Below, in pieces: positions 11,025-19,846 of a stretch of 64,000 nt of DNA. Each line of letters opens with the position of its first letter. The first letter of the stretch is position 1. Source of the DNA: Methylocella sp. (GTDB lineage Bacteria > Pseudomonadota > Alphaproteobacteria > Rhizobiales > Beijerinckiaceae); the NCBI GenBank assembly GCA_035515355.1, contig DATJBL010000064.1:2269-66268 (forward strand). Direction: 5' to 3'. The position numbers and the translations under genes are program-made. The notes under the pieces were generated by a model, which was not told the DNA's origin, did no database searches, and worked only from the letters and a program-made list of their open reading frames with translations.

Positions 11025-11615
11025 TCAGTCGAAGTCGTCGGCGAGTTCGCTCCGCATGGCTTCGGGCATAATCGCTATATGGCTGTAAGCGGGATGCTTG
11101 AAACCAACCATGACCTCCGTGCCAGGATTGCGAAACGCGGCGATTTGTCCGGGCGTGAAGCCAAAGTGAACGAATTGAACTGAAGAGGCCTTGCCATCGG
11201 CGCGGGTACGTTCCTGATCGGCCTCCTGCACACCCGCGATGCGCTCGCCGCCGATTGAGAGGAACGCCGTTTCCTCGATCCCGCCAAGACTCCCGAGAAC
11301 GCGTTTGCGCCGATCAGGATCGTCGATCTCGATCATGAAAGTGGCGACAAGTTCCCGGCCCTTGGGGATCAATGGATTATAAGCTTCGAGCTCCTGTTTG
11401 ACCTGCTCGGTACCGCCTCTTTCGATGTAAACCATTTCATGGACCTGGCTCCACATGGTCTGGTAATTCTCGAAATAGAAGGTGACATGGGGGCCGACCT
11501 CGATCCGCCGATTGCGTTTGCGCTCGGCGTTTTTCTTGCGGCTCTCCACCCGGATCTTGCCGTATTCCTCGGGCGTCAGAATATCGCTCGGCGTCAGATT
11601 ATGCTTCTGGTTCAT
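11025..11615 (-). CDS. DUF3501 family protein
   Basis: 196-aa protein from ATG 11615 (MNQKHNLTPSDILTPEEY...). It is the last gene of the rubrerythrin / Fe-S operon, the usual partner context for DUF3501. Confidence 0.7.
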   Translation of the reverse strand: MNQKHNLTPSDILTPEEYGKIRVESRKKNAERKRNRRIEVGPHVTFYFENYQTMWSQVHEMVYIERGGTEQVKQELEAYNPLIPKGRELVATFMIEIDDPDRRKRVLGSLGGIEETAFLSIGGERIAGVQEADQERTRADGKASSVQFVHFGFTPGQIAAFRNPGTEVMVGFKHPAYSHIAIMPEAMRSELADDFD

Positions 11616-11658
11616 GGGCTGCTCCGAAAATCCTCGAAAGCTGCGCGTGGGGCCCTCA

Positions 11659-13005
11659 TCATTTGCCAATCCCATAGGCCTCGGCGATGATTTCGATCGG
11701 ATGCCCGACAAGGCGCGGCTTGTCCCCGGCGCCGCTCTGACGTTCGATTCCTTGCGCGATGTGGAGTCCAGCAAGAGGGCACTCGGAGGTGACGACGGCC
11801 TTGCCGCTTGCGGCTGCCTGCCGTGCGACGGGGGCGCCGACCTTCATGGCCGTTTCGAAATTGGCGTGCTTATAACCCCAGGAACCGCCATGACCGGAGC
11901 ACCGCTCGATCACTTGCAGATTGGCCTCCGGAATGAGTTTCAACATCTCACGGGCCTTTTGACCGATGTTCTGCGCCCGCGAGTGGCAGGAAATATGTAG
12001 GGCGACACCATCGCTCGCGACGGGCTTCAATCCCGGCGCGAGACCCTCCTTGCGGGCGATGTCGACGACATATTCGCTGAGGTCGAAGGTGGATTTTGCC
12101 AGGAGCGCGACGTCCGGGTCCCCCGGCAGAATCAGTGGCCATTCTTGCTTCAACATCAAGGCACAGGATGGCACCGGCGCGATGACGAAATAGCCTTGTT
12201 CGATCCAAGACCGCATCGCGAGGGCGACGGTCTTCGCCGCCTTCGCGACCTCGGCGATATTTCCCTGCTCCAGCATGGGCATGCCGCAGCAATGCGGGTA
12301 CAGAACCTGCGTTTCGACACCGTTCTTTGCAAGCACCGCACGCGCCGAGAGCCCAAGCGCAGGCTCGTTGTAATCAGCAAAGCAGGTCGCATAGATCACC
12401 GCCTTGCGGCCATAGGCCGGAGCCTCGCGGTTAACGGGGGGCGGAGTCTCGCCGCTGATTTTTTCGAACGTCTTCGCCTGGTATTTCGGCAAGGAGGCTT
12501 GCTTGTCGAGACCGGTGACTTTTTCGAGAATGCTCCGGGCGAATTTGTGGGACCGGTCCGTCGCCCAATTTGCGAGCGGCGCGAGAAAACGCGCGAGCTT
12601 GCCGTTGCGGTCGGTCTTGGCAAGCTCGAGGTCCGCCGTCGCAATCTTGCCCCGCTTTGCCTCGACGGCCCGGTAGCGCAGCATCAGATGCGGGAAATCG
12701 AGATTGAATTCATGCGGCGGGACATAGGGGCATTTCGTCATGAAGCACATATCGCAAAGCGTGCAGGCATCGACGACCGGCTTGAAGTCCTTGCTGTCGA
12801 CACCGTCGAGTTCGCCGCTCGGCGTGGCATCGACGAGATCGAAGAGGCGCGGAAAGGAATCACATAGATTGAAGCAGCGGCGGCAGCCATGGCAGATGTC
12901 GAACACCCGCCGCAGTTCCGCATCGAGCTTGGCTTCGTCGTAGAAATCCGGGTTCTGCCAGTCCAACGGGTGTCTGGTTGGAGCGTCGAGACCACCTTCA
13001 CTCAT
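11659..13005 (-). CDS. (Fe-S)-binding protein, heterodisulfide-reductase-related (two 4Fe-4S motifs plus two CCG domains)
   Basis: CHGCRRCFNLCDSFP and CTLCDMCFMTKCPY ferredoxin-type motifs. These are followed by Cys-rich CCG-like segments (CFADYNEP ... CCGMP; CALML ... CSGHGG). Confidence 0.85.
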   Translation of the reverse strand: MSEGGLDAPTRHPLDWQNPDFYDEAKLDAELRRVFDICHGCRRCFNLCDSFPRLFDLVDATPSGELDGVDSKDFKPVVDACTLCDMCFMTKCPYVPPHEFNLDFPHLMLRYRAVEAKRGKIATADLELAKTDRNGKLARFLAPLANWATDRSHKFARSILEKVTGLDKQASLPKYQAKTFEKISGETPPPVNREAPAYGRKAVIYATCFADYNEPALGLSARAVLAKNGVETQVLYPHCCGMPMLEQGNIAEVAKAAKTVALAMRSWIEQGYFVIAPVPSCALMLKQEWPLILPGDPDVALLAKSTFDLSEYVVDIARKEGLAPGLKPVASDGVALHISCHSRAQNIGQKAREMLKLIPEANLQVIERCSGHGGSWGYKHANFETAMKVGAPVARQAAASGKAVVTSECPLAGLHIAQGIERQSGAGDKPRLVGHPIEIIAEAYGIGK

Positions 13006-13046
13006 GCGCTGTGCTTCTTAAGGAGAAAATGACTGTCGAGGAACCG

Positions 13047-13084
13047 GCGAAAGAAGGATGGCCCGGCGGCTAACCGGGCCATCC
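13047..13084 (-). terminator. GC-rich hairpin with partial T-tract between the rubrerythrin and Fe-S genes (possible attenuator or terminator)
   Basis: Perfect 11-bp stem ggatggcccgg (13056-13066) / ccgggccatcc (13074-13084) with a 7-nt loop. On the minus strand it is followed by TTCTTTC. Confidence 0.4.
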
Positions 13085-13245
13085 CTCGGTTGGACGAAAA
13101 TCTTATGTTGCTTCCAGCCCTAAGTACCGTTTGGCGAAGCCGTATCTCGGCTGGCTGTCGCCCACCAACGAGCTTCTGCCCCTTTATCCAAAAAGGAACT
13201 CGCTTCGGGAAGACAACCGACTTCCCGCTGCTCGTGGGCGATGGG

Positions 13246-13668
13246 TTATTTCGGCAATTCGTCGAGGGCTTTCTGAAAGCGGCCGGCATGCGAGCGCTCG
13301 GCCTTGGCGAGCGTCTCGAACCAATCGGCGATTTCTTCAAAGCCTTCTTCGCGGGCCGTGCGCGCCATGCCGGGATACATGTCCGTATACTCATGCGTTT
13401 CGCCGGCAACGGCAGCGGTGAGGTTCTTCGATGTCTCGCCGATCGGCAAGCCGGTGGCGGGATCACCAACTGCCTCGAGAAACTCAAGATGTCCATGCGC
13501 GTGGCCAGTTTCGCCTTCGGCGGTCGAGCGGAACACCGCGGCCACATCGTTGTAGCCCTCGACATCGGCCTTTTGTGCGAAATAAAGGTACCGCCGGTTT
13601 GCCTGAGACTCACCGGCAAAGGCGGCCTTCAGATTGGATTCGGTCTTGCTGCCGTTAAGTGCTGCCAT
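13246..13668 (-). CDS. rubrerythrin family protein (ferritin-like diiron domain only)
   Basis: ExxH diiron motifs ([28 protein letters not shown]). 140 aa with no rubredoxin domain. Confidence 0.9.
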   Translation of the reverse strand: MAALNGSKTESNLKAAFAGESQANRRYLYFAQKADVEGYNDVAAVFRSTAEGETGHAHGHLEFLEAVGDPATGLPIGETSKNLTAAVAGETHEYTDMYPGMARTAREEGFEEIADWFETLAKAERSHAGRFQKALDELPK

Positions 13669-13738
13669 GTCTGATTCCCTTTGAAATCACAAATTGCGCA
13701 AGCCAACGTCTTAGCCTTTCGGGCGAAATAAGTTCGGC

Positions 13739-13753
13739 TTAGAATTGTTCTAA
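13739..13753. promoter_or_regulatory. iron control element (ICE)-like Irr box
   Basis: Perfect inverted repeat TTAGAA-ttg-TTCTAA about 70 nt upstream of the rubrerythrin start. It matches the Bradyrhizobium ICE consensus TTTAGAA-N3-TTCTAAA at 12 of 14 positions. Confidence 0.55.
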
Positions 13754-14076
13754 CCGCTGGCGCCCTTTTGGGCAAGCGCAACCTTTGAGCTTTGTTCCTG
13801 GACCGCAGGAGCTCGAGCGTGACTTTACGTTTCAAAGCGAGAACGCGACGGTTGGGCCCGCAAACCTGACTGATAGAGCTCATTTTGTCGAAGCATGAGC
13901 TCTTTTGCCTTCGATGGGCCGCATTAACGATGTTTCTAAATCCTTGCAATCGCTGAGTTTGAATCCTTTCGTTCCGGTTGTAAGGTAAGATTTGGTTAAC
14001 GGTTCCGCTTGGGATCGCTCATGTGTGTCCGCGGGAAGCTTCGGCTTTTCTGCGAGAGAGTTTGAAGAGGCGTCCG

Positions 14077-17000
14077 ATGGCGAGTTCCAACAAGGCTCAA
14101 GACCCCGCGGCGGCGGCGCTATTGGCTATCGAAGAGGCGTTGAATCTTTGCGCCCAAGGCCCAGTCGCCGAACCTGGCACGGTACCGGCAAATCCCGCCG
14201 GCGCCGCTGGCACCGACAAAGCGAAGGTACGCTCGCCGGGAGATCGCGACTCCGGGGTTCCGCGTCCCGAGTCGCTGCGCCGTGGACGCGAAGGCGCGCG
14301 AGGGCCGGAGCCTGCGATGACAGCAATCGGCGAAGAGCGCTTGTTTGGTCCAGCTCCGACAAATTCCCCGCAAGCTGATGAGCGGCAAGTCCCGGAACAA
14401 GCCAGCGCAGCGGCACCGGCGATGCGGCCCGCCAATGACGATCGTCAATCCGCTGGCGAGATTCTCCGCACGTTTCAGAGCCGTTACAACCGTAGCCCGG
14501 CGGTCTTCGTCATCGCCTGTTCGGTGTTGTGGGTCCTCCTCACGCTCACCTATTTTATCGCCAACCGCGCGGTCCTCTTCAACGGGGCGCCGGGGACTTT
14601 GCTGCCGCAGGCCACGCTTTATCTGATGACGATTGGCGGCCCCGTGGTTTTCTTCTTGGTCACTGCGGCCTTGCTTCGCCGCGGCCAAGAGATGCGGCTC
14701 GCTGCGCGATCCATGACCGAGGTCGCGGTCCGTTTGGCGGAGCCCGAAACCATTGCGACAGAGCAGATGGTCACGCTTTCCCAAGCGATCCGCCGCGAAG
14801 TCGCTTCGATGGGCGATGGCATCGAACGCGCGCTTGCGAGAGCAAGCGAACTTGAGACCCTCGTAAGATCCGAGGTCTCCAACCTGGAGCGGTCCTATTC
14901 AGACAACGAGCGCCGTGTCCGTTCCTTGATCAACGAACTGGTTTCCGAGCGGGAATCCATCCTGACCAATGCCGATCGCGTGCGCGGCGCGATTGCCTTG
15001 GCGCATGATAGCTTATCTCGTGATCTCGCCGGAGCTTCCTCGCGATTTGCGGAGAGCGTTGGCGAGGCGGCTGGCCGGGTCACCGCTTCGCTGAACGCCA
15101 AGGGCGAGGAAATCAAAGCAGCCCTCACCCATGGCCGTGACGAACTCGTTAACCAATTGTCGTCGCATGGAAACGAGCTTATCAGCCGGCTGACCCAATC
15201 GGGACAGGACGCCACCGTCAGTCTCACAGGGGCGACCAATTCGATCGCGCAGACCCTCGCCGACCGTTTGGCGGAAATGGACGACCGGTTCAAGGCAGGC
15301 AGGGAGACACTCGCTGCCGACCTCGAGGTCCGCGGCGATGCTCTCGCGCAGCGGCTCGATGCGACTGGGGCCCGGATTGCCGACACAATCTTCTCGCGCG
15401 GTGAAAATCTCGTGGTCCGTTTGGCCGAGACAAGCAGCCGGCTGCACGAGGTTGTTGCCGTTCAAGGCAGCGCGCTTCACGATAGTCTCGCTGAGACGAG
15501 CGAACGCGTCGCAGGCCTCATTCAAAACCGCACTGCTGAAGCACGGGAGTCCTTCGAGAACTCGACGAGAACGCTTACCGCGCTTCTCAATGAGAGCCAA
15601 GCCCGCTTCCAATCTCAATTCGAGCAGCACGGCAACGATCTTCATCAGCGCTTTGCCGCGACTGCGGAAACAACCGCTGGAGCTTTAACAAGCCATACCG
15701 AAGCGTTGCATCAGCGGATCGCCGCGACGGTCGCGGACACGCTCGCTTCCTTGGCAAGTCACACAAACCATTTGCACGACCATTTGATGTCGACCGCGCG
15801 AGATACGGTTGCGACTTTCACAAGCCATACGGAGACGCTGAACGAACGCCTCGGCGCGACGCTTGATCAAACCTTGAATGCCTTGACCACTCATTCCACC
15901 CAAATGAGCGAGCGTCTCGAAACGACAGCCAGAACCACGCTCGCTGCGCTCACGGGGCAAACCGGGGCGCTGCGCGAGCAGCTCGCCGCGACGAGCGCGG
16001 AGACTCTTGGCGCGCTCTCAAACCATTGGAATGATATGAGTGAACGCCTCGAATTAACCGCCCAACATTCCGTTGATGCGCTGACTGGCCACACTGACGC
16101 TCTTCAGGCCCGGTTGGAGGCGACCGTCGGCGAAACCCTCGATGCGTTGTCAAACCATTCGGATGCCATGAGCGAACGCCTCGAAACAACGACGCAGCAT
16201 TCGGTGACCGCGTTTACGAATCACACCGAAGCGCTCCATGCCCGCTTGAATGCTGCCGTGAGCGAAACCTTTGGCGCGCTCACCAGCCACGCCGACGAAT
16301 TGAGCCGGCGGCTCGAATCGGCGGCAACCCATGCGGCGTCGGCGCTTGCCGGCCATACGGAGGCTCTGCAATCGCGCTTGGCTTCCACCGTTGGGGAGAC
16401 GCTCGGCGCCTTGACCGGATACTCCGAACAAATAAGCGAGCGGCTCGAAGCGGTCGCCCAGCACTCTGACGAAGCCTATGCAAACCATGCCGAGGCTTTG
16501 CATGAACGGCTTGCTGCCACGCTTGATGACACATTAGGCGCCCTCAGGAAGCATGCCGATGAGATGACCGAACATCTGGCGAGCGCTGCGCAAGGTGCCG
16601 TCGCAATCTTCGCGGATCACACTGGAGCGCTTGGTGAGAATTTCGATGCGACCGCGCAACAGGCAATCGCGTCGATTGGCTATCAGGCCAATGATCTTAA
16701 CGAGCGCTTCGCGGAAACCGCGAATGAAGCGATCAATGCGATTGCAACACATGCCGATCGGGTCAATGAAGCCCTTTCCAGCCGCCTACTGAAGTTCGAG
16801 GAGACTGTTGTTGGCCAGGGTGGGGCTGTCACCGAAAGCATCGATGCGCATGTGGAGCGGTTTACGGCGACGCTTTCCGATCGCCTAGGATCGATCGAAA
16901 CGACGCTCACACTGCAAGGTGGCGAGCTTGACAACAAGCTCAGCGTGCGCGCGCGAGAAGCCGCCGAAGTATTGGCAGCCCATATCGAAGCCTTCGAATC

Positions 17001-19395
17001 GCGCACCGCCGCCAAGGCCGAGGAGGTTGGCGAGGCCATCTCCAATCTCATTGCCCGCATCGATCAAGGATTGGATTCCCGCGCGCAAGCGCTCAGCGAG
17101 ACTTTGACAGGAAGGGCCGTTGATATTGCCAGAGCTCTTGGAGAAGGCAGCGGTGACGCGATTCGCGTGCTCGACGAGAAAGCTCAGGAAGCGAGTGCGA
17201 TCCTGACCGCGCGCTCTGCCGAAATAGCCGAGACTTTCGCGGCTAAGGCGAATGAGCTTGACGCGACGCTTGGTGGCCGCGCAGCCGCAATCGCTGAAGC
17301 CTTGGACGGCCGCGTCACGCAATTCGAGGAGCGCGTCATCAATCGTCTTACGGCCGTCTCCGGGGAACTCGATCAGACGGGCCGCGCCGTCTCCGAAACA
17401 CTCGCAGCGAGAACCCAGGAAATTGATCAGACCCTCAGCCTTCATACCGGCAACATCTACGCGGCGCTGGATCGTGAAGCAGGGCAGTTGGGCCAAGTGC
17501 TCGCCGGGCGTGCTGAGGAAATTCGCGAGATGATTGCCCAGGCTGTCGAGGATCTCGACAAGACTCTCGCCGGTCGCGCCGGAGATATAGGCGATGGACT
17601 TGCTCAGCGCATCAATCAAATCAGCGTGGCGCTGGCGGACCGGCTGAGCGACCTCGAAGGAGCTCTTGGGGAACGTGGTCAGGCGCTGCAGGCGGCTCTG
17701 GCAACACGTTCCGGCGAATTGCGAGAGCTTTTCGATACGCGCGGGGAGCGGCTCGTCGAGGCACTCTCCACGCTCGGCAAAGAGATCGCCCGGGAGGTGA
17801 TGAATCTTGGCGATACCACCACCCAAACGATCGAGGGCCGTGCGAACGCCGTCATCCAGCACCTTGGGGACAAGCAGAACGAATTCACGGCGGCAGTCGA
17901 ACGGTCGGCGGCGCATTTGCGCACATCGATCGAAACCGGTACGGCGGCCTCGATTGAAGCTTTGGTTGAGACAGATGAAAGGTTGCGGACCGGAATGGCT
18001 GAGGTGATTGATCGCCTCGCCAACAGCAGCGAGGCATTGCAAACGACGATTGGCGCAACGGGCTCGGAATTCGCGGCAGCCGAGCAAGCGTTGAGCAGCC
18101 GGATAGAAGATTTCCGTTCGATCCTCTCGCGCTTCTCTGGAGAGATCGATCAGTTCAATCAATCGACCCAGGCCACGCTTAACGAAGCCGGCAGCCTCGC
18201 GGAAACGATTGTTCAGCATCGGGCAAGTTTGGCGGAGTCCGCGGGCGATCTTTCGCGCGAGCAAGGCGAACTTGACCAGTTGCTCAGCGCACGACGTGAC
18301 TCCCTCGAATTGCTCGTCAAAAGCATCAAAGAGCGGCGAGACGAATTGGAGGGCCTCATGCAAGCCTTCGCGGAGCGAATCGACGATTCGTTCGAGAGAG
18401 CCGCAGCGGGCGCTCGCGAAATCGGCGCATTGCTTACCGAAACCTCGGAATCCACCAGGGGCTTGGTCGATCAGCAGTTTGCCGGCATCCGCGGCAATAT
18501 TGAGCAAGAGGGCGAGAGCATGGCCGGGGCCGTGCGCGCAGCTTGCGAGCAGGCCAATGTGGAACTCGAAAGTATTTTAGGGCAGACCACCGAGCGTTTC
18601 CAATCGGCGGCGGCGGAATTACGCGGCATGTCCCGCGAGATTCAGCGCGAACTCGAATCAACCCGAGAGGCCTTGCGCCGCAGCGCCGTCGAGTTGCCGC
18701 AGGAGACGGCACAACAGGCGGCGTCCATGCGGCGTGTGGTTGCCGACCAGATCAAGGCACTCGAAGAGCTGAACGACATCGTGACAAGATCTGGCCGTGC
18801 CTACGATGTCTCGCAACCGGCTCCCGCGAGTGTCGGCCGTGCCGCCCCGCCAGTGTCGCCGCGCCGTCTCGAACCGGCGCGCGCCGGGGCCGACCAGCAG
18901 CGGCCAGGGGAGCCGCAAAAGCCGCGTCCCGCGGCCGCGCCGACGGGTGCGAAAGTGGCCGAGCGTGGCAGCGGCTGGATCTCGGACCTCCTCGCGCGTG
19001 TCGATAGCGATGAACGAGCGGCTCCGCCAAATCCTCCGGCCAAGGTTGCGCAACCGGCGCAACGGCTCGAAGCGATTTCTCTCGACGTAGCTCAGATGGT
19101 CGATCATGCAGCAGCCACCGCCGCATGGGATCGCTATCGCCGCGGTGATAACAACGCCTTCACAAGACGGATCTATGTCGGCCGTGGTCCCCAGACCTTC
19201 GATGAAATTCGCCGGCGCTACCGGCTCGATCCGGAGTTCCGGGGAACAGTTGATCGCTACATACAGGAGTTCGAGCGGCTGTTGGCCAGCCTCGGCCAAG
19301 ATGAAGCCAGCGAAGGTGCAGCGAAGACATATCTCCTCTCGGAGACCGGCAAGGTTTATACCTTGCTCGCGCATGCGGCGGGCAAGCTGGGCTGA
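14077..19395 (+). CDS. very large membrane-anchored helical-repeat (apolipoprotein-like) protein; possible GPR/RgsE-type growth-pole protein
   Basis: Uninterrupted 5.3-kb ORF. SD GAAGAGG lies 6 nt before ATG 14077 (ORF open from 14023). Two hydrophobic segments sit near residues 170-230, followed by about 1,350 aa of periodic helical repeats, a Pro-rich spacer, and a non-repetitive C-terminal domain. Confidence 0.85.
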   Translation: MASSNKAQDPAAAALLAIEEALNLCAQGPVAEPGTVPANPAGAAGTDKAKVRSPGDRDSGVPRPESLRRGREGARGPEPAMTAIGEERLFGPAPTNSPQADERQVPEQASAAAPAMRPANDDRQSAGEILRTFQSRYNRSPAVFVIACSVLWVLLTLTYFIANRAVLFNGAPGTLLPQATLYLMTIGGPVVFFLVTAALLRRGQEMRLAARSMTEVAVRLAEPETIATEQMVTLSQAIRREVASMGDGIERALARASELETLVRSEVSNLERSYSDNERRVRSLINELVSERESILTNADRVRGAIALAHDSLSRDLAGASSRFAESVGEAAGRVTASLNAKGEEIKAALTHGRDELVNQLSSHGNELISRLTQSGQDATVSLTGATNSIAQTLADRLAEMDDRFKAGRETLAADLEVRGDALAQRLDATGARIADTIFSRGENLVVRLAETSSRLHEVVAVQGSALHDSLAETSERVAGLIQNRTAEARESFENSTRTLTALLNESQARFQSQFEQHGNDLHQRFAATAETTAGALTSHTEALHQRIAATVADTLASLASHTNHLHDHLMSTARDTVATFTSHTETLNERLGATLDQTLNALTTHSTQMSERLETTARTTLAALTGQTGALREQLAATSAETLGALSNHWNDMSERLELTAQHSVDALTGHTDALQARLEATVGETLDALSNHSDAMSERLETTTQHSVTAFTNHTEALHARLNAAVSETFGALTSHADELSRRLESAATHAASALAGHTEALQSRLASTVGETLGALTGYSEQISERLEAVAQHSDEAYANHAEALHERLAATLDDTLGALRKHADEMTEHLASAAQGAVAIFADHTGALGENFDATAQQAIASIGYQANDLNERFAETANEAINAIATHADRVNEALSSRLLKFEETVVGQGGAVTESIDAHVERFTATLSDRLGSIETTLTLQGGELDNKLSVRAREAAEVLAAHIEAFESRTAAKAEEVGEAISNLIARIDQGLDSRAQALSETLTGRAVDIARALGEGSGDAIRVLDEKAQEASAILTARSAEIAETFAAKANELDATLGGRAAAIAEALDGRVTQFEERVINRLTAVSGELDQTGRAVSETLAARTQEIDQTLSLHTGNIYAALDREAGQLGQVLAGRAEEIREMIAQAVEDLDKTLAGRAGDIGDGLAQRINQISVALADRLSDLEGALGERGQALQAALATRSGELRELFDTRGERLVEALSTLGKEIAREVMNLGDTTTQTIEGRANAVIQHLGDKQNEFTAAVERSAAHLRTSIETGTAASIEALVETDERLRTGMAEVIDRLANSSEALQTTIGATGSEFAAAEQALSSRIEDFRSILSRFSGEIDQFNQSTQATLNEAGSLAETIVQHRASLAESAGDLSREQGELDQLLSARRDSLELLVKSIKERRDELEGLMQAFAERIDDSFERAAAGAREIGALLTETSESTRGLVDQQFAGIRGNIEQEGESMAGAVRAACEQANVELESILGQTTERFQSAAAELRGMSREIQRELESTREALRRSAVELPQETAQQAASMRRVVADQIKALEELNDIVTRSGRAYDVSQPAPASVGRAAPPVSPRRLEPARAGADQQRPGEPQKPRPAAAPTGAKVAERGSGWISDLLARVDSDERAAPPNPPAKVAQPAQRLEAISLDVAQMVDHAAATAAWDRYRRGDNNAFTRRIYVGRGPQTFDEIRRRYRLDPEFRGTVDRYIQEFERLLASLGQDEASEGAAKTYLLSETGKVYTLLAHAAGKLG
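15613..16800 (+). repeat. 17-18 tandem in-frame 66-nt (22-aa) coding repeats inside the giant ORF
   Basis: Units such as GALTSHTEALHQRIAATVADTL / ASLASHTNHLHDHLMSTARDTV / DALSNHSDAMSERLETTTQHSV align with no indels. Pattern: x-A-L-[TS]-x-H-[TS]-x-x-[LM]-x-x-R-L-x-x-[TA]-x-x-x-[TS]-[LV]. Confidence 0.9.
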
Positions 19396-19409
19396 GCCGT
19401 TCTATTCCC

Positions 19410-19442
19410 GGAGGTCGCAGCGATCGACTGCGATCTCCTTTT
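19410..19442 (+). terminator. rho-independent terminator of the giant ORF
   Basis: 11-bp stem ggaggtcgcag / ctgcgatctcc (one G-U pair), a 7-nt loop, then TTTT. It starts 15 nt after the stop codon. Confidence 0.75.
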
Positions 19443-19459
19443 CCGTGCGCAAGGCTAGA

Positions 19460-19846
19460 GTGCCAGCCGGCCTGTAAGCCGGGTTTTGTATGGCGCGCGG
19501 ACGTTGCCGCGCGCGTGACGGCCATTCCTCTGGGACGGCCGTTGCCGGCCGCCTCGAGCAACCAACCCGGGCGACGATCCGGAGACGGATCTAAGGATTT
19601 CTCGGGTGAGAAACGCCTTGTGTCGCCCCTATTCGGTTTTGCTCCCGGTGGGGCTTGCCGTGCCGCTCATGTTGCCATGCGCGCGGTGCGCTCTTACCGC
19701 ACCTTTTCACCCTTGCCTTGCGGCGGTCTGTTTTCTGTGGCGCTTTCCCTAGGGTTGCCCCCGCCGGAAGTTATCCGGCACCGTGTCTCCGTGGAGCCCG
19801 GACTTTCCTCCGCTAGGATCGCGGCGGCCATCCGGCCGGCTGACCA
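19460..19846 (-). ncRNA. rnpB: RNase P RNA, bacterial type A
   Basis: The minus strand contains the universal motifs GAGGAAAGUCCGGGCUCC, ACAGAAAACAGACCGCC, GGUAAGAGCGCACC and ACAAAACCCGGCUUA. P1 pairing is CAGCCGGCC (5') with GGCCGGCUG (3'). Length is about 385 nt; ends are approximate. Confidence 0.93.

Noticed and set aside
15613-16800. Regular 66-nt periodic DNA considered as a possible CRISPR-like or satellite array
   Set aside because: The units are contiguous with no spacers, diverge mainly at synonymous or conservative positions, and sit in one long ORF. They are coding repeats, not CRISPR.
16885-18507. 540-aa ORF antisense to the giant repeat gene, plus several other 80-240-aa ORFs on both strands across 14.1-19.4 kb
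   Set aside because: The sense frame is a single uninterrupted 5.3-kb ORF with clear periodic protein repeats, an SD and a terminator. Antisense ORFs are expected in GC-rich, Ala/Leu/Arg-codon-rich repeats, and these show no recognisable motifs.
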